Part shown: piece after piece, positions 52,463-61,456 of the stretch | Layout: each line of letters opens with the position of its first letter | Position numbering within the stretch: position 1 is the first letter of the stretch | Source: Candidatus Eiseniibacteriota bacterium | GTDB lineage: Bacteria; Eisenbacteria; RBG-16-71-46; CAIMUX01; VGJL01 | Assembly: GCA_963792585.1 (NCBI GenBank) | Contig: CAWBWI010000006.1 | Location: 320,001 to 384,000 of the forward strand | Direction of reading: 5' to 3' | DNA length: 64,000 bases | Notes under the pieces: generated by a model | Database searches by the model: none | Told to the model about the DNA's origin: nothing | Seen by the model: the letters and a program-made list of their open reading frames with translations, nothing else | Position numbers and translations under genes: made by a program

Positions 52463-54163
52463 ATGACGCCGAACAAGAAGAGTCTCGCCGCAAAGGGCGC
52501 CTACTCCGCCACGATCGTCCTCCTGGTCGCCTTGATCCTCGTGGCCGCGAACTTCGTCGTCTCGCGGGTTCTCGCACGGGTCGACCTGACGAAGGACAAG
52601 GAGTTCACGATCTCCAAGGCGACGCGCGACGTGCTGCGCGATCTCGACGACGTCGTCGCGATCAACGTCTACTTCTCGAAGAAGCTGCCCCCGAACCTGG
52701 CGACGCTCAAGCGCAACATCGACGACGTCCTCCGCGGCTACCAGGCCTATTCCCACGGAAAGGTCCGCGTGACCTATATCGATCCCTCCGGCGGGCCGGA
52801 GGATGACCAGAGGATGCGTTTCCTCGGCATCCCGCAGGTGCAGCTCAACGTCCTCGAGAAGGACCAGCTGCAGGTGATCAACGGATACATGGGGATCGCG
52901 ATCCTGTACGCGGACCGCCATCAAGCGATTCCGATCGTCCAGGACGTCGGGACGCTGGAATACGACCTGACGGCGGGCATCCTCCAGGTCCTCTCGAAGC
53001 AAAAGCGGGTCATCGGATACCTGACCGGCAACGACGCACCCGAACTCGACAAGGACTTCGAATCACTGAATCGGATGCTCAACCAGACATACGAGGTGCG
53101 GCCGATCGAGCTCAGCCAAGGACGGCAGCCGGTGCCGCAGGACGTCAACACGCTGATCGTCGCGCGACCGACGCAGGTGCCCGAACGCGTTCAGTGGCAG
53201 ATCGACCAGTACCTGATGCGGGGCGGCCGGGTGATCTTCCTGGCCGACCCGATGCGGCTGGACGATCGGATGGGGCTGACCAATCCGATCCCCATCAATT
53301 CGGGCCTGGAAGAGATGCTCGCCTCGTACGGAGTGAGGCTCGAGCGCGCCCTCGTCCAGGACCGCCAGTGCGAGAACGCGGGCTTCAGCCAGGGGTACAT
53401 CCGATATACGGTCCCCTATCCGCTCTGGCCGAAGATCGCGGGCAAAGGGCTCTCTGCCGAGAGCCCGATCACCAGCAGGTTGGATGCCCTCGTGCTGCCA
53501 TGGTGCGCGCCCATGCAGGTGCTCGTCGCCGAGTCGCCGGGCCGCAAGGGGGCCCCCGCGCCGGCCACCCCGGAGAACTCTCCACAGGCGAACGTCACCG
53601 CCACCGTGCTCGCCCGCACCACGTCGACCGCGTGGCTGCAGAAGGGCCGATTCGACCTGACACCGCCGGGGCCGATGCAGCAGGTCCGCCCGCCCGAGAA
53701 GGGGGAGGTCTACCCGGTGGCGGTCGCGCTCGTCGGACGCTTCCACTCCTACTTCGCGGACAAGCCGGTCCCGATGGCGCCGGGCGATTCGATGGCGGTC
53801 GGCGGCGGGACGACGAGCGTCACGGAGAGCCCGGATACTCAGGTGCTCGTCGTGGGCAACTCGCAGCTGGCGAACGCCACGTTCCTGTCGATGTTCCCCG
53901 GCAACCAGGAGTTCATCCTGAACGCGATCGACTGGATGACTCTCGGCGACAAGCTGATCGCGATCCGGTCGCGCGGCGCGACCGACCGTCCGCTCGCGCT
54001 CGGCTCGGGGGTGGGAAAGCTCATCTTCAAGTATGCGAACACATTCGGCATGGCGATCCTCGTTGCCATCTTCGGGCTGGTCCGCTTCAGCGTGCGCAGG
54101 CGGGCGCGCCGGGCTGCGGCCGCGCCGTCGACGGCGCCGACAGCGGCGCCGAACGTCGGTTAG
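52463..54163 (+). CDS. GldG-like ABC auxiliary component
   Basis: R.DLT....TIS..T...L..L, LEY.LT..I, IDQYLM.GG, N..F.LN.IDW....LI.IRSR; RBS GGAGG. Confidence 0.88.
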   Translation: MTPNKKSLAAKGAYSATIVLLVALILVAANFVVSRVLARVDLTKDKEFTISKATRDVLRDLDDVVAINVYFSKKLPPNLATLKRNIDDVLRGYQAYSHGKVRVTYIDPSGGPEDDQRMRFLGIPQVQLNVLEKDQLQVINGYMGIAILYADRHQAIPIVQDVGTLEYDLTAGILQVLSKQKRVIGYLTGNDAPELDKDFESLNRMLNQTYEVRPIELSQGRQPVPQDVNTLIVARPTQVPERVQWQIDQYLMRGGRVIFLADPMRLDDRMGLTNPIPINSGLEEMLASYGVRLERALVQDRQCENAGFSQGYIRYTVPYPLWPKIAGKGLSAESPITSRLDALVLPWCAPMQVLVAESPGRKGAPAPATPENSPQANVTATVLARTTSTAWLQKGRFDLTPPGPMQQVRPPEKGEVYPVAVALVGRFHSYFADKPVPMAPGDSMAVGGGTTSVTESPDTQVLVVGNSQLANATFLSMFPGNQEFILNAIDWMTLGDKLIAIRSRGATDRPLALGSGVGKLIFKYANTFGMAILVAIFGLVRFSVRRRARRAAAAPSTAPTAAPNVG

Positions 54164-54176
54164 GGAGGAACGAACG

Positions 54177-55112
54177 ATGCGCGGACGCACGATCCTGATC
54201 CTGCTCGCCGTCCTGGTGGTCCTGGCGGGCATGGCGACGCTGATCGAGAAGGGACGCAGCGGGAAGACGCGCTTGAAGGGCGCCCAGCTGATCCCCGGGC
54301 TCAAGACAGAGCTCGTCGATGGAATCCGTTTCAGGGCCGAAGGCGCGGAGGTCGCCCTCGAAAAGAAGGGCAATGCCTGGGTGGTCGCGAGCGAGGGCGG
54401 ATTCGCGGCAGAGAAGAAGCCGGTCGAAGACATCCTCGCCGCTTTGCGGAAGTGCACGGCCGACGAGGTCGTCTCGACGAATCGCGCCAACCAGGGCCTC
54501 TTCATGGTCGACACGACCGGCACCGAGGTCTGGGTCGCCCAGCAGGGGAAGGAGATCGCCCACCTGTTCGTCGGCAAGCCGGGGCCGGACATGTTGAGCA
54601 CCTATGTCCGCCCGGCATCGTCGGATCGCGTCATCCTGACTCCGGGTTACCTTCCCAGCCTCTTCCAGAAGCGGGACACGTGGCGTTTGAAGACCCTGGT
54701 TTCGGCGAAGCCCGAGGAGGTTCGCGGCTTCGAGTATGTCTCCCCGACGCGCGGGGAACTCGTGCTCGCGAAGAGCGAGGGCGGCGAGTGGAGGATGGAG
54801 AAGCCCGACACGGGCCGCGTCGACATGAGCCGTTTCAATTTCGCCTTGAGGACGCTCTCTCCCCTGAAGGCCGACGGATTCGCCGATGCGATCGATCCGA
54901 TGTCGGCAGGATTCGGCGCGGACACCACCCACATCCGCATCTCGACCGTCGACGGCTCGACCTACACGCTGCAGGTCGGGGCTCCCGCGCCGGACGGAAA
55001 GACCTATGTGCGGCTCGAGGGGGATACGCAGATCTACACCATGCCCCGCGGCCGGCTCAATACGATGATGATTCCGCCGCCGATCCTGAAGTCCCCGCCG
55101 GCGGGAAGCTAG
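54177..55112 (+). CDS. DUF4340 domain protein
   Basis: N-terminal TM; repeated L.K....W....... L..L.A; L.VG......YVR; usual fourth gene of Gld-like ABC operons. Confidence 0.8.
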   Translation: MRGRTILILLAVLVVLAGMATLIEKGRSGKTRLKGAQLIPGLKTELVDGIRFRAEGAEVALEKKGNAWVVASEGGFAAEKKPVEDILAALRKCTADEVVSTNRANQGLFMVDTTGTEVWVAQQGKEIAHLFVGKPGPDMLSTYVRPASSDRVILTPGYLPSLFQKRDTWRLKTLVSAKPEEVRGFEYVSPTRGELVLAKSEGGEWRMEKPDTGRVDMSRFNFALRTLSPLKADGFADAIDPMSAGFGADTTHIRISTVDGSTYTLQVGAPAPDGKTYVRLEGDTQIYTMPRGRLNTMMIPPPILKSPPAGS

Positions 55113-55122
55113 CGGCCGCCGT

Positions 55123-56130
55123 TTAGACCAGCGGGAGCGTGCCGGGCGGGAACAGCTCGTCCCGGTAGGCGAAAAGACTGAAGATCCCGCCGGTGTGGAT
55201 AAAGCAGACCTCGTCCTCCGGCGGGAGGGCCCCGTCGGCGAGCAGATCCGCCATCGCGTGGAACGCCTTGCCTGTATAGACGGGATCGAGGAGGAGCCCC
55301 TCCGCCGCGGCCATGCGTCGGACCAGTTCGAGAAGACGCGGGTAGGTCAGTGCATATCCAGGTCCGCGATATCCCTCCACGACCCGAATATCTTGCGGTT
55401 CCACTTCGACGGAGACTCCGAAGCGTTCGCGGAAATCGGCGACGATCTCCAACACGCGGCCGCGGAAATAGGCCTCGTTGTCGCAGACCGCCACACCCCA
55501 CGGCTTGAGCGGAAGACCTAGCATGCGGGCGCCGAGGTGCAGGCCCGCCAACGTTCCGGCCGACCCGGTGGCGCAGAAGAGGTGCCGAATCCGCTCGCCG
55601 AATCCTTGCTCGGCGAGCTCCTGCAGCATCGAAACGTAGCCCCAGGCGCCGAGCGCATTCGATCCCCCTTCGGGGATCACGTATGGCCGTCGGCCCTCGC
55701 CTTCGAGACGCCGCGCCTCGGCCGCCATGATCTCGGCCCGACGCGCGTATTCTTCCGGCGTGATGAAGACGAGACGGGCATCCACGAGCAGGTCGAGCAG
55801 AAGATTGCCGTCCGCACTCGAGGGAGCGCTCCCGCGCAGGAAGAGAACCGAGTCCAGCCCGAGCCGCCTCGCCGCCACCGCCGTCGCCCGGCAATGATTC
55901 GACTGGATCCCCCCGCAGGTGATCACGACGTCGCAGCGCCTCTCGACGGCCTCCGCGAGCAGGAACTCGAGCTTGCGGACCTTGTTGCCCGATAGGTCGG
56001 AGCCGGTTTCATCATCCCGCTTGATCCATACCGGCGCTCCGCCCTGGCGGAGGGATGTGTGCAGGGGCGTCATCCGGGTAGGGAAGATCCCCAGGGAGAC
56101 TCGCGGCGGGTAGGGTAGACGCCACGTCAG
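55123..56130 (-). CDS. D-cysteine desulfhydrase / ACC deaminase family PLP enzyme
   Basis: WIKRDD, SGNKVRKLEF, GGIQSNH, PEGGSN, DPVYTGKA, HTGG; the conserved R..LG..PT segment lies upstream of ATG 56073, suggesting a CTG start at 56130. Confidence 0.9.
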   Translation of the reverse strand: MTWRLPYPPRVSLGIFPTRMTPLHTSLRQGGAPVWIKRDDETGSDLSGNKVRKLEFLLAEAVERRCDVVITCGGIQSNHCRATAVAARRLGLDSVLFLRGSAPSSADGNLLLDLLVDARLVFITPEEYARRAEIMAAEARRLEGEGRRPYVIPEGGSNALGAWGYVSMLQELAEQGFGERIRHLFCATGSAGTLAGLHLGARMLGLPLKPWGVAVCDNEAYFRGRVLEIVADFRERFGVSVEVEPQDIRVVEGYRGPGYALTYPRLLELVRRMAAAEGLLLDPVYTGKAFHAMADLLADGALPPEDEVCFIHTGGIFSLFAYRDELFPPGTLPLV

Positions 56131-57194
56131 CGCAAGTTCATGAAGTCGTTGAAGACCACCACCGCAATCAGCGCGAGCAGCAGGATCATCCCGACCTGTT
56201 GAACCCAGATCTTGAGCTTTGTCGAGAGCCGGCGGCGGCTCACGCCTTCGATGAGCACCAGAACGAGATGGCCGCCGTCGAGCGCCGGAATCGGCAGGAT
56301 GTTGATGAAGCCGATGTTCACGCTGATCAGTGCCAGGAACTCCAACAGGTCTCCGATGCCCCTACGCGCAACTTCACCGGTCATCTTCGCAATGCCGACG
56401 GGGCCTGCCATGTCCTTGATGGACGCTTGATGCGTGACCAGCTTGCCGATCCCCTCGGCAGTCCGTTCCAGGTACGACCAGGTTGCGATCCAGCCATAGA
56501 CGAAGGCGCGTCCCACGTCCATCCGCTCGTAGATCAGCATCGGGCCGATGCCGATCTTGCCGACCGGTGTGTCCTTTCCCCTCTGCTTCTCGCTCCGGGT
56601 GGTTAGGGTGACGTCCTTCGTATCGCCCGAGCGCTCGAACTCGATGCGGACCTCGCGCCCCGGCCGCTCGTAGATCGCACTGACGAGGTCCTCCCACTTC
56701 GCGACGGCCACGCCGTCCACGGAGAGGATCTTGTCGCCTCTTTGCAGGCCTGCCTTCGCCGCGGGGAGTCCGGCCATCGGGCTGTCGATCACCGTCCCGA
56801 CCTCGTCGGGAAGGGAGGGAACGCCCCGGGTCGCGTAGACCCCCCACAGCGCCACGGCGGCGAGGACCATGTTCATGATCACACCGGCGGAGACGACGAT
56901 GACCTTCTGCCAGCCCTTCTTGTTGATGAAGAGGCGGGGGTCGCTTGGATCGAATCCCTCGGGGTCGTCGAGCGACTCGTCGATCATTCCGGCCATCTTC
57001 ACGTAGCCGCCCAGGGGGATCCACGCGATCCGGTACTCTGTCTCCCCCCGTTGCCAGGCGACGATCTTCGGTCCGAAGCCGATCGAGAATCGGTCCACGC
57101 GGATACCGACAGCCCGAGCTGCCATGAAATGGCCCCACTCGTGGACCATGATGATGATCCCAACGACTACGATGAACGAAACGACGTATTCCAT
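56127..57194 (-). CDS. rseP: RIP metalloprotease RseP
   Basis: HEWGH, FSIGFG, PLGGYVKM, PDZ domain, GPVGIA, NILPIPALDGGH. Confidence 0.96.
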   Translation of the reverse strand: MEYVVSFIVVVGIIIMVHEWGHFMAARAVGIRVDRFSIGFGPKIVAWQRGETEYRIAWIPLGGYVKMAGMIDESLDDPEGFDPSDPRLFINKKGWQKVIVVSAGVIMNMVLAAVALWGVYATRGVPSLPDEVGTVIDSPMAGLPAAKAGLQRGDKILSVDGVAVAKWEDLVSAIYERPGREVRIEFERSGDTKDVTLTTRSEKQRGKDTPVGKIGIGPMLIYERMDVGRAFVYGWIATWSYLERTAEGIGKLVTHQASIKDMAGPVGIAKMTGEVARRGIGDLLEFLALISVNIGFINILPIPALDGGHLVLVLIEGVSRRRLSTKLKIWVQQVGMILLLALIAVVVFNDFMNLR

Positions 57195-57347
57195 CCGCTC
57201 TCCCGTCTAGTCCCGATCGATGATCCGGCCCGAAGGGCCGACGTTCCATGGTAGATGGCCGGCGCAGGGCTTACAAGGGCGCGGCGGCCCGTGTCGTTCC
57301 ACGCCGGCACGAGCCGCCCCAATGCCGCGCGTGCAGTCGCGGTTGCT

Positions 57348-58043
57348 CTAGTCCCTCCGGCCGCCCCCCAGGATCCCTGCCCGCATGAGGAAGTAGACCA
57401 GGGTGAGTACCGCGGTCGCGGCGGCGGCCACATAGGTCATCGCTGCCGCGGTGAGGACGCTCCGCGCCCCTCCGGCCTCGACCTCCGTGGAGACGATTCC
57501 TTCCGTGCGCACGACCGCCAGCGCCCTGCGCGAGGCATCGATCTCGACCGGCAGGGTGATCAGCTGGAAGAGCACGGCAGCCGAGAAGAGGACGATTCCT
57601 ACGTAGATCAACCCCATGGATTGAAAGATGAAGCCGATGATCAGGAGCGGCCACGCGAGGTTCGAACCGATCGAGGCGGCCGGAACGACGGCGGTGCGCC
57701 ACTGGAGGGGCAAGTAGTTCTGGGCGTGCTGCAGCGCGTGTCCGGCCTCGTGGGCGGCCACACCGATCGAAGCCAGCGAACGGCCGTCGTAAACCGCCGA
57801 AGAGAGCCTGAGCACCTTCGCGCGCGGATCGTAGTGGTCGGAAAGGAAACCGTTGACCCGCTCGACCTTCACCCCCAGACCGGCCCGCGAGACGATCCGT
57901 TCCGCCGCCTCCGCGCCGGAGAGCCCCGTGGACACCCCGACCTTCGACCACCGGCTGAAGGCGCTCTTGACCCAGATCTGCGCGATGATCGAGAAGAGCA
58001 TGGCCGGTCCAACGATCAGCAGATACATCGGATCGAATATCAT
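57348..58043 (-). CDS. Zinc metallopeptidase (YugP/Zn_peptidase_2 family)
   Basis: LSDHYDP, AAHEAGHA.Q, TLPVE.DAS.RA, AAAMTYVA. Confidence 0.92.
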   Translation of the reverse strand: MIFDPMYLLIVGPAMLFSIIAQIWVKSAFSRWSKVGVSTGLSGAEAAERIVSRAGLGVKVERVNGFLSDHYDPRAKVLRLSSAVYDGRSLASIGVAAHEAGHALQHAQNYLPLQWRTAVVPAASIGSNLAWPLLIIGFIFQSMGLIYVGIVLFSAAVLFQLITLPVEIDASRRALAVVRTEGIVSTEVEAGGARSVLTAAAMTYVAAAATAVLTLVYFLMRAGILGGGRRD

Positions 58044-58194
58044 CGGTCTTCACTCCTCCCTCGTTCGACACGTCTGCCGGGTGGACATTGAGAAACACCG
58101 GTCCGTCTGCTAGGTTCGACGGGACGAGGTTCGGCAGGGCCCGTGTTTCACGCTACCAGACCGGTGGAGAGGGGACAACACCGTCGCAAGCAAC

Positions 58195-58908
58195 ATGTCT
58201 ACGACGGGAGATCGCTGCGATCTGAGCATCGTCGTTCCGGTGAGGAACGACGCGGCGCGGATCCGCCCGACGCTCGAGGCGGTCTGCGGACACTTGTCCC
58301 ACCGGCGGGGGTGGGAAGTCCTCGTCGTCGACGATGCCAGCGACGACGACACCTGTGCCCAAGTCCTCGCGTTCTCTCTCGCTCAGCCCGCCGTGTTCCT
58401 GCTACGCGATCCGGCTCCGCTCGGCTGTGGATACGCCTCCCGACACGGGGTTAACCTCGCTCGCGGCCTGCGGATCGCGCTGATCTCCCCCGATCTCCCC
58501 GCGCCGATAGCCTCCCTCGATCGTCTCGAGACGGCGCTCGCCGAAGGTCACGACCTGGCGCTCCTCTCGTTCCGCACGGAACGGGATCGTCCCATGCCGC
58601 CCGTGCGGATTCGCAGCGAGTTGGTCCGCGCCCTGCTGACGGCTGCGCCGAAGCCGGAGGCGTCCGGAGATCCGCAGCGTCCGCGCCTCTTCCAGCTGTA
58701 CCGCCGCCGCGCGGCCGTGGAGCTGTTCCGGCGCCAGCGGCTGCACGGCCCGAGCTTCGCGGTGGAGATCCTCTATCTCGCCCGCCGCTACGGGTATTCG
58801 GTGCTGGAGGTCGGAAGCGCCGGAGGACGGAAACGTTCCGTCGATGCCGGCGAGGTTCGCGAACTCCTCAAGATCCGGATGCACCGTCTCCGCGGCGACT
58901 ACGGTTGA
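58195..58908 (+). CDS. GT2 glycosyltransferase (dolichyl-phosphate glucosyltransferase-like), divergent
   Basis: SIVVP..N, VVDDAS.D.T, G.G.A.R.G, F.VEILYLA...GY; the DxD position reads SPD. Confidence 0.75.
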   Translation: MSTTGDRCDLSIVVPVRNDAARIRPTLEAVCGHLSHRRGWEVLVVDDASDDDTCAQVLAFSLAQPAVFLLRDPAPLGCGYASRHGVNLARGLRIALISPDLPAPIASLDRLETALAEGHDLALLSFRTERDRPMPPVRIRSELVRALLTAAPKPEASGDPQRPRLFQLYRRRAAVELFRRQRLHGPSFAVEILYLARRYGYSVLEVGSAGGRKRSVDAGEVRELLKIRMHRLRGDYG

Positions 58909-59786
58909 TGCCGATGGACCGGATCTACTTCGGGGAGAACCTCGCGATCCTTCGGGGAATGCGGGGAGGATGGGCAGACCTGATCTACATCGATCCACCC
59001 TTCAACACCGGGCGCCCCCGCAAGCATGTCCAGCTCGCAACCCGCTCCGCGCCCGATGGCGACCGCACGGGATTCCAGGGCCGCCGCTACGCGTCGACAC
59101 GCGTCGGCTCGCGGAGTTTCGCAGACTTCTTCGACGACTATCTGGCGTTCCTCGAGCCGCGGCTGATCGAGGCGCATCGTTTACTGGCGCCGCACGGGAC
59201 CCTCTACTTCCACATCGACTATCGTGAGGTTCACTACTGCAAGCTCCTCCTCGACGCGATATTCGGCAGGGACCGTTTCCTGAACGAAGTGATCTGGGCG
59301 TACGACTACGGAGGACGCACCCGCCGCCGCTGGCCGCCCAAGCACGACACCATCTTGGTCTATGTGAAGGACCCGAAGCGCTACGTCTTCAACGCGGAGG
59401 CGGTCGATCGAATTCCCTACATGGCCCCCGACCTCGTCGGCCCCGAGAAGGCTCTGCGCGGCAAGTTGCCGACCGACACCTGGTGGCACACGATCGTTGC
59501 GACCGGTGGACGCGAGAAGACCGGCTACCCCACGCAGAAACCCCTGGGAATCATCAAGCGAATCATCGTCGCCTCGTCGAATCCCGGCGATCGCGTTCTG
59601 GACTTCTTTGCCGGAAGCGGCACGACGGGCGAGGCGTGCCGCCTGCTCGGCCGGCGCTTCGTCCTGATCGACAACAACCCCGAGGCGATCGAGGTGATGG
59701 GGCGTCGTTTCTCCGACCTCGACGGCATCGAGTGGATCGGCGGTCCACAGCCGTCGAAGCGCGCCGCGCGGAAGGCTCGCAGGTGA
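58908..59786 (+). CDS. Orphan N6-adenine/N4-cytosine DNA methyltransferase (beta class)
   Basis: IYIDPPF, HDTIL.Y, YPTQKP, VLDFFAGSGTT. Confidence 0.93.
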   Translation: MPMDRIYFGENLAILRGMRGGWADLIYIDPPFNTGRPRKHVQLATRSAPDGDRTGFQGRRYASTRVGSRSFADFFDDYLAFLEPRLIEAHRLLAPHGTLYFHIDYREVHYCKLLLDAIFGRDRFLNEVIWAYDYGGRTRRRWPPKHDTILVYVKDPKRYVFNAEAVDRIPYMAPDLVGPEKALRGKLPTDTWWHTIVATGGREKTGYPTQKPLGIIKRIIVASSNPGDRVLDFFAGSGTTGEACRLLGRRFVLIDNNPEAIEVMGRRFSDLDGIEWIGGPQPSKRAARKARR

Positions 59787-61372
59787 ACCGCGACGCGGCG
59801 ACCGGCGGGATGCGCGCGGCAACGCCCGGATCGGGCTCCGTGGGGTCGCGCGGAGCGACGGGACCGCGCTTCCCCCGCCCTTCACGCTGGTCCTTCCTCG
59901 GGGAACCCGCCGTCTGGATTCTCTTCGGGCTGGCGCTCGCCGAGCGCCTCGCATGTCTCATCGGTAGCAACGACCACACATGGCCGTTCTCGATCTTCTA
60001 CGAAGGCGACGCGGAGGCGTTCTACAACTACGCGCAGGCGATGATCGCGGGCAGGCCCTACGACAATGGGATTCCGTTCCACCCGCCGCTCTTCCCGGCG
60101 CTGCTCTCGGTCCTCCACCGACTGATCGGGAGCCCTGTCTCGCACGAACTCCTCCGCAGCATCCTCGGCACGCTGAGCGCGGTCGTGCCTCCGGCCCTCT
60201 ACATCGGCTTGCGGGGCGCAATCGGTCGCGGCGCCGCGCTCGCCGCCGCGCTGCTCGCCACCTTTTCCTTCGGTCTCGACATCCTCGGAGTCTCGGCGAC
60301 GAGCGAAGGGCTGTATCTGTTCCTCGCGCTCGCGCTGCTGGGCGTCGCCCTATCGGAAGCGCTGCCGGGACGCCCCGGAATCGCCCGGGGCGCGGCGCTT
60401 GGACTGCTGACGGGCCTGCTGGGTCTCGCGCGCGCCGAGGGGCTCGCGGTCGGGTTCTTCGTTCTCGCGGTCTGGATCGGTCCATCCCTGCGCGCCGCTC
60501 CCCGCCGCTTTGCGCCTGCGACGATCGCGTGGCTGATCGGCCTGCTCGTCGCCCTCGCACCTTCGACCATTCGAAACGCGGAGGCTCTCTCGGACTGGAA
60601 TGCCCGCACCGGTCAGGCGCTCGGCGCGCACATCCCGACCTTCGCGCCCATCACCTCTTACGGCCCGCTGAACTTCGCCCTCGCGAACAACGCGCAGGCG
60701 ACGGGCGGATTCCAGCGCTCGCTACTGACGTCACGCGAACACGAAGCGGTGCTCGACCTCGCGGACCCCCAGCACCGCCACTACTTCCTCAACGGAACGC
60801 AGGAGGGGCTGCGCTGGATCACGGGACACCCGGGGGCCTTTCTCTCGCTCGCCGGGCGCAAGCTCGGCATCATCACCCGCGCCCTCGATCTTGGCTGGTC
60901 CCCCTGGAACTTTCCCCTGGGGCGGACCGGGACCCGGCGTCCCGTCGATCTCTTCGCACCCGATGCAAGCGGACTGCGTTTCGTTCAATTGTTCGCTCTG
61001 GGGGCCGGGATCTGGTTGCTGATCCGCGGCCGCAAGACGCGGACTCTGCTCCTGCTCGCCTGCCCGATCGCGGGGGCGCTGCTCGCCGGATCGCTCTTCT
61101 TCGGCTACGTCCGCCTGGGCGCGGTCGTCCTACCCTTCGCCTTCGCGCTCGAAGGGGTCGCGATCGCACACGTCGCGGGGCGGTTTCCCGAGCGCCTGCG
61201 CGTCCGGCTCGGAAGGGGGATGGTCCCGCGAGTCCTCGCCGCCACCGCCCTCGCCCTTCTCATCTTCGCGATGGCGCAGGATCGCAACTACAATGCGAGC
61301 GGATCCAGCCAGCGCCCCGGCGGGCAACTCATCCGGGACGCGGAGATGAAGATCGCGCCCCTGAATGACTAG
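59783..61372 (+). CDS. GT-C (ArnT/PMT-like) integral membrane glycosyltransferase
   Basis: GD...Y...A, PPL.P..L, SE.LY, L.R.E, P..IRN, N....N; GTGA overlap with the methyltransferase. Confidence 0.75.
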   Translation: MNRDAATGGMRAATPGSGSVGSRGATGPRFPRPSRWSFLGEPAVWILFGLALAERLACLIGSNDHTWPFSIFYEGDAEAFYNYAQAMIAGRPYDNGIPFHPPLFPALLSVLHRLIGSPVSHELLRSILGTLSAVVPPALYIGLRGAIGRGAALAAALLATFSFGLDILGVSATSEGLYLFLALALLGVALSEALPGRPGIARGAALGLLTGLLGLARAEGLAVGFFVLAVWIGPSLRAAPRRFAPATIAWLIGLLVALAPSTIRNAEALSDWNARTGQALGAHIPTFAPITSYGPLNFALANNAQATGGFQRSLLTSREHEAVLDLADPQHRHYFLNGTQEGLRWITGHPGAFLSLAGRKLGIITRALDLGWSPWNFPLGRTGTRRPVDLFAPDASGLRFVQLFALGAGIWLLIRGRKTRTLLLLACPIAGALLAGSLFFGYVRLGAVVLPFAFALEGVAIAHVAGRFPERLRVRLGRGMVPRVLAATALALLIFAMAQDRNYNASGSSQRPGGQLIRDAEMKIAPLND

Positions 61373-61456
61373 GGCGGGGACGGACGCAGGTCGGCGCCGC
61401 GCCTCCTCCACGCCTCGGCCCGACGATCCGCCGCGAACGCAACAGCCCTCGAATTG

